Assembly: GCA_964106915.2 (NCBI GenBank)
Contig: OZ066918.1
Origin: Podarcis gaigeae
Taxonomy: Eukaryota
Length of the DNA stretch: 64,000 nt
Strand: one strand, 5' to 3'
The translations under genes were made by a program, and so were the position numbers. The notes under the pieces were generated by a model. The model did no database searches. It had not been told where the DNA came from and saw nothing but the letters and a program-made list of their open reading frames with translations. Shown here one piece after another: positions 49,257-63,244 of this stretch (position 1 is its first letter; every line of letters begins with the position of its first letter).

Positions 49257-52200
49257 CAGGGACTTCTTTACAAGCCATGACTGCTGCTTGGCGAATGGAG
49301 AGCCACATTTCCTTATCCGGTGTGTGAGCGCATGTTAGAGAGAGAGTGTGTGTGTGGGGGGGGGGTCAAATGTGCCTCTGTTGTGTGTATGTGTGCCCAT
49401 ATGGGCTCCCACCCTCAAAATGTTATGTAAATAGATTTTGTAGGGAACAGAAATGAGTTGTGTGGGGAGGCAGTATATGGAGTGCGAGTTTGTGAGGGTA
49501 CAGTTTTTTCTACTTCAGTTGGCTTCCTGCGGAAGCATGAAAAATTACTTTATTTCAGTGGCACAAGGCTGTCTACATTTTTTCTCGTTGTGCTGCTCAG
49601 ATTGTAGCAGTTGGGTGTGGAGGCAATCTCAGGGTTGTTGGTTGAAGCTGAGTTTTTTGACTGAAGGGGTGAAAAGGCAGCAGGTGGGTCTCTCATTTGT
49701 TCTCTCAACAAAAGCGCTTAATGAACCTCGTATGTAAAAGGCAGTGTTATGAGATGACTAAGTAGGCATTGTTTATTGCCCTTAGAGAGGAGGTAGTTAA
49801 CATGATAAATGAGAAGGTTTAAAGCAGAGGTGGGAAATGTGTGGCCCTTCAGGTTCAGATGGACTACAACTCCCACAATCCCTAGCTATTGGCCATGCAG
49901 TTTGGGAGTGATTCGAGGTGGCATCTGGCATCAGGTTGTACAAGGCTGCATTACACTCATAATCTGGGAGTCGTAAAATGGATTGGGTTTGGTTTGGCAC
50001 TCTTGGTCACGATCCGACCTTGAGCCTTTGCTTCCTTTGGTTGGAGGGGAAGACACAGACCCCACATCCCTGGTTTAAAGCAAGTTATATAGGTATAACA
50101 CCTATCACTTCTGAGATGTGTGTCCAGGTCTTTTAAAGACAGGCATGTGCACGAAGATTGATTGAAAACCAAGCTTCTTAACTCAGGTCAGTCACAGGAT
50201 TAAAATACCATCTCCAAATGGAGAGAAGCTTGGGTTTGTGTGGAAATGTCGATCATGGAACCACACTTTGCATAGTTGATAGGAGGCCACTCTGTAGCTA
50301 ATCAGCGTACATGAGGAAGGGCAATTCTGAGAATTATTTTCCATGTTGGGAGCTGTATGTGTGGCCTCCGTACTTTGCATTGTCGCATACACAGTCCCCA
50401 TGCTGGAACAGTGCTGATGAATGGTTGCCTCTGTGTGAGTGCTGGCTCCCGGGGTGCTCACTTGGGGTCTGCCTTAAGCACGAAACTATCCATTGTCTCA
50501 TAATGTGTGTGTGGTTTGTGTGTGTTGCAATGGGGGAGACTTACTAAGTGAGTGTGCAGTGGGCAAGTGTAACGTGGTTCTCACGTCTGTTAATTTACGT
50601 GAATGGATATTTCTGCATCCTTGCAAAATGACCTGGTGGGAGAACTCCCCACCCACCCACACTTCTTCCCCTGCTAGTGGTGGCCTCCTCTTGAAAACAG
50701 GAGTGGAGGAATCTAATCCAAGCAAAGGAAAACTTTGTAACCACCTCCCTCAACTCTTTGTAATACTAGTTGCAAACTGTTCCTTAATACACATCTTTTG
50801 TTCCTTTCCAAATGGCTGTGGCTTCCATTCCTTTATGTGTTTGATCTTGGGCTGCTAATAATGAATGCTGCAAGCTCAAATGAAAAACTGGGTATCAACA
50901 TAACTTATATTTCAGATTTATCCTGTGGACATAAGGCAAGTTGCAACATGTTTAAAACCAAAAGTATTGCATTAATCTGTAGAAATATAACGTCCACAAC
51001 CCTTTGAACACTCAAATGACCAAACCCTCCCATCTGAAGATACACCAACAGCTTGACAGTGGCTGTTATAAGCGGATATAAACAAAATTACCTCTATTTG
51101 CTTTTGGAAGTTGTTTTGCCTTGTCTAGATGAAGGACAGATCTGAACAGGACAGGCTGTGAGTGGGTTAGAATTTATTTCTGGGGTGCCTTTCAGCCAAA
51201 AAGCCCCCCAAAATGGTTCACAAACATTTGTCCGTTCTTAAACCTCAGCATATTCTGTAATTTTAAACAAATGCAAACGGGGAAACTTTGCTTGTTCAGG
51301 TTAGTAGGGTAGCATTGCTTCCAGCTTTTCAGTCACTCACTTGGTTAGCAGATGTATCAAAGAGCAGGCAGCAGCACTGGCTGGGATCCAAAAAGCCACG
51401 CCACTGGTTCTGCTCACCCAGGAGCTGGAGAGACAAGCTTGGAGAAGTACATGGGGAGATGCTCAGCCTCTCTGTGCTCATAAGCAGTTTTAATGTGCAA
51501 GTTAGGAGCTCACAGGATGTGGCTGCAACAACTTCTGGGGTCTTGATTGCTATGATGAGGATGATGAGAATGATTTTATTATTTATATGCTTGGCATGAC
51601 TGGGTTGCCCCAGCCACTCTGGGCGGCTTCCAACAACATATTAAAAACACAGGAAACATCTATATCACTAACTACTGGGTTGGGAAGCTGACCCGCAATA
51701 ATCTGTGACTCCCCCCCCCCCTCCAGTATGTTCTCTCACTTGGCTTTTATTCACTCGCATTCGTGGATTGTCTGAATTTTTGAGGGAACCCCTTGTCAGA
51801 GGTGGTCCTTCAGTGCCACTATTGTGAGTTCAAGTAACAGAACTAATCCTGTTAGCAGCTTGCTCCTGTGCTTGCTGTAGAGGTGGTGCTCCCTACAATA
51901 ACAGAACAATGGGTTTAAGTGGAAGGGGGGGGTGGCCTGTCCTCCGGGTGCATTAATCTTCAATCCTAATCTCCTTAAATAACCATGTTCCCATGATACG
52001 TTGTATTTGAAACATGTCTGCTCAGACTTGAGGGCCGAGCCTGGCTCCTTGAGGGTATTTGCCATGTATTTGCCTGTGTCTGGAGTGGTAAATGGTGGCA
52101 GCAGGAGGCCATGCTGGGCCTGGTAGGTGATGAGGCTACAGTCCCACTCCCTGTCCCAGAATGACCTGCTTCCAGGCTCCCTTGATACTTGGGTTTTGGA

Positions 52201-52638
52201 GGCCATTTTGTAAACCCATTACTAATACTTTGACATGGTACTATCTGCATGGGTGAGCTTCACAGACCGTGGGCTCACCTGGTGGTAGGGAAGCTGCTGT
52301 TTAAAGTGTCTCACAGTGCCCAGGGCATTGTGGAGAAATATAAATGGTGACTTGCAGACCCAGCTACCTGGGTTCTGTGGTCCTGCTGGGGCCCTGGCAG
52401 CTGCTGACACCAGGCCAGTTGTGATGGCTCATTCAGCTAGGGATCCCTAAGATTCTCCATTTCAAACCTAGTTCCTGACATTTCTGTTTCCTTGGGACCT
52501 TGAGCTTTCAGCTTTCCTGACTAACGTACTGTTTGGGCTGGCCAATATATGTGTGTGTCACACCACAGAAGCAGACCAGTTGTGTGTGGTGGGGTGTGTT
52601 GGGGGGGGGAGCTGGGGTTGGAGAGCACTTCTGAGGCA

Positions 52639-52826
52639 TTGTCGAGAGCGCCTCCAGTTGCAGCTGCTTGCTGCAGCATGAATAGCTTCACAGCTCACTG
52701 AAGAGATGACCGGCTTTAATTTGAGTTGAATGGGCTCCTCCCTCGATTGAGATGACATTTTCATTTCAAACTAACAAGGGGAGAAATCCAATTACACCAC
52801 AAAGGGGCTCCCTAATAAGCCATTCA
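52639..52826 (-). repeat. Inverted duplication, arm B
   Basis: Reverse complement of 40312-40497. The ORF track shows the echo MTFS(L/F)QTNK.RNPIT.QRGSLI.HS on opposite strands. Confidence 0.9.
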
Positions 52827-53787
52827 GGCATGTGGGGTGGGGTGGGGGGCTCGAGGAATGGGTTGTGGAGGGAAACCCCTCAGGCCATCCATCAGTCACA
52901 CAAAGCAAGGCCGAGGGAGGGAGGGAAACACTCAGCCCAGCTTTGTACGTGCGGGACTCAAAAGAGAGCATCATTCTGAAAAGTTCAAGAGATGCAGAGA
53001 GCGAGCAGTGCTCTGCCAAGAAGGGGTTTAAAGTGTCACTTCCAACTGGCTGGTTTTCATGAGTGCATGTTTACACTTCAGCCACTATATTGATCAAACA
53101 TGGCTTTGTGAGTTCTAAAGTGTTGGGTTTGGAAAGCCCAGGATGTGAGAGTCTCTCTGAGTGTTTTCACAGGTGATGTGAAGGATGCTTCCTCTCTGAG
53201 AGTTAAACTTACATTACTGCACCACCCATTCTTGTAACATGGGAAACATGCTGGTTTCTTAAAAAACTAAAACGACAGTTCTTGGAAAGGTGGCTATTGA
53301 CTAGTGGGTCTCAGATGTATGGCTGTTGCATGTTTTCTCCTCTTCTCCACCCACCCTAATAATGAGTAAAACAAAACATGGCACGGTAGGTCTTTGCAAA
53401 TAAGAGTTTCCTCCTCCTTGCATGCGACAACTCCCGAGGTTGGGTAAGGGCATGTTGCAGGAGACTCGGAAGGTGGCATGTGGCAGTGGCACTCTTCATA
53501 TTCTGATTCTGAACAATCTGGTTCTCCCTACTCCTGTGTACAGGCACCAGACTTAGCAACGTACATTCTTGATCTCCAGTTGCTATAAGAAAATATGGCA
53601 TCTAATATCTCCTGAGTGTTTGAAAATAACAAACTTGGTATTTTCTAAAAGGCTCCCCAATGTTAACTTACTGTGGGTTTAGCTTTAAGAATTCAGCAGC
53701 CCTGGATCAGTTGCTGTTTCTGACTCATGGAGCTGTTTAGGGAATAAAAAGTGGGTTGAAGGGGGAATAAACATTCACCAGCACTAG

Positions 53788-53788
<1 letters not shown>

Positions 53789-53818
<30 letters not shown>

Positions 53819-53822
53819 TGTA
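53789..53822. repeat. (ATGT)n microsatellite
   Basis: Direct observation. Confidence 0.95.
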
Positions 53823-55061
53823 CAGAAAACTGAGTGTGTTGGTAGCAGAGGGGCTGGGGATCACAGCTGGAGAAGGAGGGGAAATGGAATGTAGTATCCT
53901 GAAAATGGACATGGCTCCCTGCCTGAAACCCTAAAGGAGAGCACTCCACAAGCCAATGTCACAGGTCCCACATGTAATTGTTTATTTTTTTTAATGTATT
54001 TTATAAAGTGCATTCCTGGCCCGAGTCATTAATGAATGACATGCTATTATAAAACAGCTGGTATCAATACTTAATGCAGAGAATGAAAGGCAAAACAACA
54101 AATCTGGGCCCATAATTATTGGAGTGCTGTGAAAATAACCACTGAGGGGGCAAATTAATTTGTAAATTTAATGTAACTCATCTATATATCTGGCAGTACC
54201 CAGGAAAAAATGTAGCAGGTCTTTTGCCCAAGTGGGACTTTAGAGTACTGTAGGTGTGCCACCTGGTGGATATTGTGTAACTTAATGTTTTTTCTGCCAT
54301 AGTGTGCTTCTGTGTATCTTTGCATTTTGAAATACCAGAGAATCTTTGCCCAAAACTGTAGCACTGAATTCCTTGCTGGTTGAGCAAATTAGTCTCTGGC
54401 TGAGGAAGTTCACCCATCCCTGAGAAGCAACCAACTAGCTAAAGACCAACAACATTCCCTCTTTTTCCCCAGTTCCCTCTTCCTTTCCTATTCTTGTTCA
54501 TGTTCTAAAAAACACACTGCATTTGTGTCTCACATAGTGCAAAACGACTCAAGTTGCTGTGCAACCCAGCAATCTCATAATGACCATTGGTTGAATGAGC
54601 AATTATTTTTAAATCCATGTGAGCCAAGGAGGGGCAAGTTTGTGTTTTCCTGTTATCTCCACTAGATGGCACTGACCCCCTGTTAACTTGCTCCTGTGGA
54701 TGAGAGAAGAAACGACTTCATAGGAAGACAAGAGAGTCAGCTGAGGAACAAATTACATTTACAATTGTGAAAAGGAAGCCAGTCGCCTTTCAGCGCAGTC
54801 CTATGTGGGAAAAGCTTTTTAATTCCAGCTATGTTTGCAAGGTGAAATCAGGCTTGTTTTACTCAATTCATGGACAGAAGGAGAGGAGGGCAAGTGCAAG
54901 GAAGAAACACACACTAAAAGATTATCCACCCCAGAGCTTTCCCAAGACATTTTGCTGCATAAGGTGGAACAACAAGTGGTGCCCCACTCCTCACCATGGC
55001 TAGTGCCCAAGGTGGGTCAACTTATTTGGAACACCATAAGTTCCTCTTCCCTCCCTGTCAG

Positions 55062-55480
55062 TTGTTGTTGTTGGCATCCGTCTGTCTCAAGAGATAATGG
55101 AGCGCGTCTCGGGGGGTGAAGTCAAACCACTGCATTATCATCACCAAAGTGACCTCCTTGGGGCACAAGGCTGGGCAGTGTGTATGGAGGTCCTGGGCTG
55201 CCCAGATGACAAGATGTGGTCCAAAGGAAAAACGAGCAATATGTTAGGCACCAGTTTGGCTGCAGGAATTGCTGGAAGGAGGCCTACAAGGCACAATCCA
55301 ACAGTCTTATTCCTTAGCTTTTTCTTCTCCCAAAGATATCCTGCAAGGCAGCGGAGGTTTAGGATTAGAGTTTTACTTCTCTTAGATGGGCTACCTTCCC
55401 AAGTGGATGACCCTCATCTGCCCCTCACTTCCCTCTAAAGCGCTTGCAGAAACCACCACCTTCCCTGTTGAAATCAATGG
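55062..55480 (-). mobile_element. Bipartite non-autonomous RTE derivative (5' UTR-like part joined to RTE 3' end, (CAA)n tail)
   Basis: 55062-55130 matches the RTE 3' end at 21432/32540, and 55253-55455 matches 24178-24612. Confidence 0.65.
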
Positions 55481-57048
55481 ACTCAACTTACTTAACATTG
55501 ATTGTAATAGGTCTATGCTGAATATGCCATAGTTGGATATCTCTCCCCCCTCCCCGCCGCCATGGCCAAGAATAGAAGATTCCTGAGCAATTTTGAAAGA
55601 GAAGATAAAAAATATATAAAAATAAAAATTAGGAGACAGCTGCATGGTGTTTTAGGATTTGGACTATGCTCCAAATGCCAGCCTAGTATAAGTGAACAAG
55701 AACTCTGCCAATGCTGAAGCCAATACAAGTGGCACATGGACTCATGCTACCCATCTAGGACTCCCTGAGGAAGCAACTATAGAGGAGGAAGCAGAACTGT
55801 CAAGTTGTCCTTGAATGTCATCTTGATGTCAATTCTGAATGAGCAGTCTACTCCTCTTTCCCTGATGTATGTATGTCTAGAGTAGCAAAACATTGCAGTA
55901 AATGCAATTTAGGGCTTTGTTAGTTTTTAAACAAGCTGCATCCTCAGTCTCGTATGCCCAAGGCAGGTTGCCATTTCAGACGCTGTGTCAGAAGCCTTTC
56001 TTTGGTTGCAGCTGCTAAAAGTTGTGGGGAAAGGGGAAGAATAGGATCCAGGGGCTCAACTGCTGCTGCCCTTGCTGCTGCCTTCTGCTCAGCATGGAGG
56101 AGGTCAGCAGTTACTCTGAACCCAAGTCAAATTGGGAGTGAATTTACCTATATGGAGTTAGAGTGCTCACAAATTGAGAATACACCCATCTCACAACTTG
56201 AGTTACATGACCCCTACGGCATGCTCCAAGCCCTGCATGGGTCCACTCAAGCCACAGTCTCAACATACACATCTTGCTTTGTGACACTTGGGTCTCTCCC
56301 TTGCCAATCTATTTCAACTATCTTTTCCCTGGCTGTAACAATACAACAATAATCAATAACCAACAATTTGCTGCCCTTTCATGACACCCAGAATTGACCG
56401 CCTGAGGCAGCTGTCTATTAGCAGGGCCAGCGTCCTGTCTTGGAAGCTAAAGGGGGTTGGATTACAAAGTATTAAACAGAGATTAAGTACATCACATACT
56501 TTTTGGTCCTTGTATCAAATTGCTGTCACTGAAAATTGGAGATGTGTTTTTTTCTGTAGACTCTAAAGCACAGCTGTAGTTGTATGCTGACAATCTGATG
56601 GACCCTGGACTCTCTTTTTCCCGTTACTGAAACAGGCTATGCACTATCACTTGCCAGTCAAACCATTTTGCGCTATGCAGAAACACAACATTCATCCAGC
56701 CTCTCCTTTTGGACTCATAGTGTTTCTAAGTGTATGGGGGAAAAGTAACATTTTAATATGCACTCTGTGTGCTGTTACAGTGTGCAGATCCAAAAACTAC
56801 AGAAACAAATTACAAGCAGCCAAAATATGATAAACTGTTTCAGCTTTCCTTCATTATGGTGAAGTCCAGCTTTACTGAATCTGTTTTTAGGGAGAGATAG
56901 CTCTATCAACGCACATTTTCTGCTGATGCCTAAATTTATTTATTTATTAGACTATTTATATTCTGTCTTCCTGAGACAATGCTTCATGCGACTCACATTT
57001 TAAAACAAGAATAATTAAAAAACAAACCAAAGTAAAAGAGAGTGAGAA

Positions 57049-57088
<40 letters not shown>

Positions 57089-58999
57089 TGTTTAACTGAG
57101 GGGTGGGGAACTTCCGGGTCCTGGGCCCAATTAGATCTTTCATGGATCTCAATTTGGCTATGAGGCTGTTCCCATTCCCAAACCATGACTGCCTGCCCCA
57201 CACCTGATGTCATATATAATATCAGAGATAGGACAGGTGGAAATGTGTCTGTCAAGGAAACATCAAGAGCTTTCAAGTGCTCCTGATTGCTCCTTAGCAA
57301 AGGAGGATTGCTGTTGGCACCAATCAGTTGATTGGAAGCGACAGCAAGCTTGCAGTGACTGACAGCACTATGCAGTTTTGCCATCAGGACCTTCATGGCA
57401 CACACAATCCCACTGGGCTGCCTGTAAGCGACAAACAGGTGATGTGCAAAAGCTGACCAGACTGACTGACTCACATTGACACTGGCAGTGGGACAGCATC
57501 CTCCATGTCAGCTGAAGGCAGCAAGGAACACACAGCTCTGTCTACTCCCAGCCCATCAACATTTGTCGCAGGAGGCAATTGCCTCACTCTGCCTAAAAGC
57601 AGGGCTGGTCCCGATTGGAGAGCTGAGCAACTGAAGTCAGTGACAATAGTGTTGTCCAATGGTTTCCCTGCTACGGTGGAGCAGCTTGCAAATGTCGCTG
57701 TTCTTTCTACACTTAAGGCTCACTCCAGCACTCTTGTAGTTGTTGGCATGACAAGGGTAGGGTCATGTGAAACTTTCTGCCAAGCAGGATGCAGGGTTTA
57801 ATTTGCCATCTTTAATAAGTAAGAGCAGGAAATGAGAAAGGAGAGGTTAACATAAAAAGGAGTCTCGGTGGACAGTTCTTAGCTTCACGAAGCATCAGTG
57901 TTGCTTTGAGGAGGCCAACATACTGTTCCATTTATTCACCTTTCCCTTGGCAGAGCACAGCCCTGGAATATATGAGAAAGCTACAGTCTTAGGCCCAAAT
58001 CCTTCTATTCCCACCACATCTGCTGATGCTAAGAGGGAAGACAGATGTAGCATGTAGGGAGGGGGGCAACCTGGAAGCACACCCACTGTGTTCAGTCGAT
58101 GGATGCCTATCACTCTGAAGGGCCAAGCTAAAAAATGAATCAACCTATCAATCAATTTCCTAGAAGTTTGCAAAAGATGTCAGCTATGCATCATGCTAAT
58201 TAACAAAATCCTTTAATCCTGTAATGCCACCCAAAACCTCTCCTCATTTTTTATAATGATGATGATGCAATGAAGAACTGGGAAAATGCATTAATGGTTA
58301 TGTGACATTAAAGAGAAGAACAAAGGTATACAACCTGCATGAGGTGAGGTGGGTGGGAAGATTGATGGCTGTCCCAGCATCCGATTCACTGGAATGTCTG
58401 TCTGAAGTTGCAGTTGTAAGGCCGGGCAGCAATTATTGCCAAAGAGTGGGCTGTAAGCTCCTTTTCCCCTCCCTTTACAGCTATTTTCACTTTCATTTGG
58501 ATTATTACCAAAAATCTCAGGAATATCTCTTTCTGTTCAGCAGATCCCAACATGGACCGTTGCCTGATTAAGATCCACCTAATTTTACACACGGTCAGTG
58601 ATCTGGAATTCCCCCTGGGAATCAAATGACTTTTTCATCAAGAGCAGGATAATTTTGGAGGCCCAAATAATTAGAGGAGGTTTTTGAGGAGATAATTAGG
58701 AGCAGAAAGGTTCGGGTGGATGTTTCTTTTCTTTTCTTTTCTTGTTCCTGTGCCTTTGGAAAAATCCACTTCTCCTTCAGCACATCACATGTTTGTTACA
58801 CAGAAACATCCATAACAATTCTGGGATGGCCAACGAAGCATTGCACTTTCCTGGTGTTTCTCCATACATATATTAATAACTGTGATGATAGGCAAATGCC
58901 ACAAAGCGTAGATAGAATTGCACTAAAAACTGCCTGTCCTTCTCATCAGGAATCTGAGTTTTCTGAATTCCCTCTCCTACTCCAAGAATCTTGGTGGAA

Positions 59000-59158
59000 G
59001 AGTGGTAGAGTACACACTTTGCATGCAAAAGCTCCCAGGTCCAGTCTCTCCTGGATGGGCTGGGAGAGACACTTGCCTGGAACTCCTGCATTCAGTGCTG
59101 GCACTACTGAGCTAGACCGAGCAATTATTTCCCTTGGTGTAAGACAATTCCTTGTTTC
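59000..59158 (+). mobile_element. tRNA(Ala-like)-derived SINE (Squam3-like), degenerate
   Basis: GTGGTAGAG...CTTTGCATGCAAAAG...GGGCTGGGAGAGAC...ACTGAGCTAGA...GGTGTAAGACAATTCCT. Confidence 0.55.
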
Positions 59159-62100
59159 ACTTCTACACAGGGTGCCTGCAGACTTTCAGTATTTTTGCAG
59201 AAGGGGTTGAAGCACATGCAAGAGTTTCAGGTTTGCACAATTAAAATGGGGAAAATGCCCTGTTGCCCTAGTGCAACAAATCCACTTTTTCACACACACA
59301 ACACACAGGAGTTTTTGCAGTTTGGCACGTGGTGGTGAAACACACTGGAAAGTGTAGAATGAACAAATGAATAATAGAAAGATGTAAATGCCCTGCAAAT
59401 AATTCTGGATGAATGCTCGTTGTTCAAACAACTTCTCAAATAAACCAGAACGAATGCTCAATAAGGGCTGGACATAGTCTAACCACCACACAAGCTTTGT
59501 GCAAACAAATCAGGATGAATGCAGAATAAACAGGCCATACCAAACTTGGTTGGAGCGAAACTTGTTTATACGACTATCCGTGAAAGAATCGCAACCATTG
59601 TATGACAAATGCTTTTGTGGCTAATTTGAAACCAGTTTGCCTGCTTGTAGTCATTTAACAGGATGTTTAGATAACAAATACTATGGCACACAGATTGACA
59701 CCAGTAATTTTGAAAAAGTTGGTTAACATCCTCTAACAGGTTGGAGTATAACAGTGAGAATTAAGGAACTTAAAACTATTATCAAAGGGAGTTTTTAAAA
59801 CATTGCCTGCGCCACTAAATTCCACAAAGTCTATTTGTTTTTATCTGACATCCTGTTTTTTAAATCTCTTTATGCTTTTATATTGTTTTGTGTATTTATT
59901 GTAAATCTCTTATTTTTAATGTTCTTAGCTGCTCCAAGAGGTGTTGCTTTTTAGCAGAAGATCAGCTTAAGCACACAATCCTATACATGTTAACTCAGAA
60001 GTCCCACTGTGTTCAATGGAGCTTGCTCCCAGGGTTGCAGCCTAAACTGTGTAAGCAAAAGCGAATTTTGTGCTCTCTTTTTTTGCACTGCCTGAATCAT
60101 AGAGGAGACTCTATGGAAGGGCTATTCCTTGATTGCCTTTCTGCTTTTCCTAAATGATGCTCTGGCTTCCTGGTCTAAGGTGACCCCAGTGTGAACCTCC
60201 TTCAAGTTTGCGTGCATTTTTTCTCTCTCTGTCTCTCCCTCCCTCCTGCTAGTTAGTTTCATTCCCCTGCGATGGCTTGATGAGAACCAGACTCAGAGTT
60301 AAGGTTCACATATTCTCAACAGGGTTAACTGGGTTAATTTTTGCTTCCTGTGTGATGGCCGTGAAGAGCGAGTGCCACAGTGGAATCTTTGCCTCTTCTG
60401 CGACAGGGTTCATGGATATTAGGAATTCCCCAGTCTCACAGAATTAACCTGCTATATGACTGTGGTGACTCTTCCCACATCTGTGTTGTCTCAACTCCCC
60501 TGAGCACCAGTCAACTGTGAAGCAAACTGTAAGTCCAGGAATTAGGAAGTGCATAGTGCTTTTATCATGGAAGATGTGCAACCACAACTCATGAGACAAA
60601 CTTGAAGAGTACATACTGCATCTCCTTGAAATCAGTGGTAAAGCTTCCATTAATATTAGCAGGTCTAGATCACTCTATAAATCCAGGAATTATAGTGATT
60701 TGGAGGTTGAGCTAGATAAATCTTTGTTTGTCTTAATAGCACTGTTGTATCTTACCATGGCTGGGCATCCTGACTAATATAGCTGTTCCTGTAACAGCAT
60801 TGGATCAAGTAGTATAATGAGAACTATTGATGGTGGGACCTTGTGATTGATCTTATACACTGTAATCCAGCACAGCAGTTTATGGGGTTGGACTGTTATC
60901 AATTCCTTGCTTTATGTCCAATAAAAACCACTGCAGCACTGGATCATTGTAAGAAATTCAGACTTCACTCTGAGCTGGAAGTTAAAGAGGAAAAGTAAGT
61001 AAAGTTCCATTGTGCAGGGGGAATAATTAAAAGTCAACAGCATTGCTTCTGACAAATAATGTAGTTTTTAGGCACTATTTAGATTTAATCCTCCTCAGTG
61101 CCATTCATAATGCAGGTTAGAGCTCTTCCTTTCTTTTGTAATCCATATTAAAATCCGTTTTTTAACTACGACCCTCTCAATATTGAAATGGCACAATTTC
61201 CTATATTTATTTATGGCTGGCTGCAAAATGATTTGCAGAGCAACTTGGGACTCCATCACCGCTGCTACTGGTTTTGTAAATGATGTCACTTTTCAGCAAG
61301 AAGACCACAGACAGCAGGAGGCTAAGAAACAAATTACGTTTCCCAGGACCTTTGTAAATGAGATGCATCCCTGGGATGATAAAGGAAATTTCGTCCTGCA
61401 ATTCATCAAGATGAGATGAATTTTCATGGGGAATGGGAAAATTCGTTTTCCACTGCCTATAGCCTCAGATCTTTCCCAGGGAAGTTCCCTGCCCCTTCTA
61501 GACTGAAGGGTGCCTATTGAAGCTGATCTGGAGGTGTTGTTATAACACTGACTGCTCGATAGTTTGAACCTCTAGTTAAAGCGGAGAGTCAGGGAAAGTG
61601 TTTGTGTAAGGGGAACTTATTAGACCATGTTGCTCTGAAAAAATATGCCCATATGTTCTTTTGCAGTTTCCTGGCTCTCTGTTCTCTCTCCTCTCTGCCA
61701 CAGAGGTGTAAATTGTTTCCATGAGGCCTAGAACCAGGGCAAGAACCCTGTCAGCTCCTGTCACAAAATGGAGCATTCTCACTGACAACTGCTTGGTTGT
61801 CCCAATACAGTGCTGCCATGGCAACAGCGAACTTCACCTCAACCTCTTCATCGCACCCGTGCTTCTTTCTGAGAGACTGAGACAAGGGTTAGCAAGGAGC
61901 CTGAGGGAGACAGGGATACGATTTCATTTAATATCTGTATGCCGCTTTCGCAACAACACTGAGCTCAAAGCAGATGCAGATATATACAAAGTACAAAGTA
62001 TTTCTGTTGCTCCAGCAATTCAAGATGAAACAGACCCCGACTCACGCTTCTGGTCAGACTTACTCATTTCACAAGACTGGCCCTGACACATACAGCTGAT

Positions 62101-63244
62101 GTGCTTTAATCACTTATATAGGTTGCACTGGGAAGTTGCCAATAGCAACTGGCTTGGTTGGCCTTGCACCTGTCGGCTTACCTAACACATGGGGTGATTT
62201 GGGCTCATGAAGGAAATTAACCCCTCCTCCATGTCCAGTTCCTCCAAAACAAGTGACAGAGCAAAGAGAGGTGTGGATAAACCTGTAGTCTCTGTGTGGG
62301 GTTGTGGACAGAAGCAAAATACACTGAGTCTAACCCGTCAGTCTGGAAGTGGCATAACAGATGAGGGTGTTGGAAGAGGTAAAGGTGTGCAGCCTTTGAT
62401 CTACATTTTTATTTTTTCAAGGCTGATCCAGTTTTGGTTGAAACTTTGTTATTGCCCAGATTGTCCCTAGCAGTTATTTACACCGGACAATCAGCTGTGG
62501 AAAGCATTTAAGGTGAATGCAGTGTCTACTCACACTGCATGCCACAGCAACCTCAGTGAGGTTGTTAAGTATCTTTCACATTCCTTTTCTCCATTTTGTG
62601 CCTCAGGGAAGGAGTTGGAGCAACCTCCCATCTACCCTCCTAGACACTAGCTTGCTCTTGTCCATAAATTAAATGATAAAGATTTAAAGAGTAAAATGGG
62701 AAAGCAAACATTCAAGTGGAGCTTATGTATGTACCTGGGAATCGGGCCATCTCTCCACTCAGATGTTCTTTCCAGCTTGGTCTGAAGCCACGTGGGAGGA
62801 AGAACTCATCTGCAGAGGACATAGAAAGTCACACCACGTGCCTGGAGGGCTATGCAGGCCCGGCTCTACCATTAGGCAGCATGGGGTGGCCACCTCAGGC
62901 TGCTAATTTTGGATGTACCCCCCAAAATGGCAAGTTATTACTTTATCACTTGCTTTTCCTGTATTTTTACTTCCAGGGAGAGGGTGTTTGTGGGATTTTT
63001 CTGTCTCTAGTGCCAAAATAACTTGACTAGCCTTAGGTACAATGCACCCACTCTTGGGGTTGGTGGGGACGGGGGTGACACTTGCTGTTTGGACTCAGAC
63101 AGCAAATACTTGTGTTTATTATTTACATTTATGTCCTGCCCTTCCCCACAGGGGCCCAGGGTGGGTCATGAAAGTATAACAATTAAAACAGGTACACTTA
63201 CAAACCATAAAAGAAAAACTACACGAACAAACCATATTGGAATA

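Noticed and set aside
48653-49327. 224-aa ORF overlapping the FAM241B last exon, and the first 32 aa of ORF 48882-49256
   Set aside because: The first is an alternative frame. The second is intronic sequence upstream of the acceptor at 48977.
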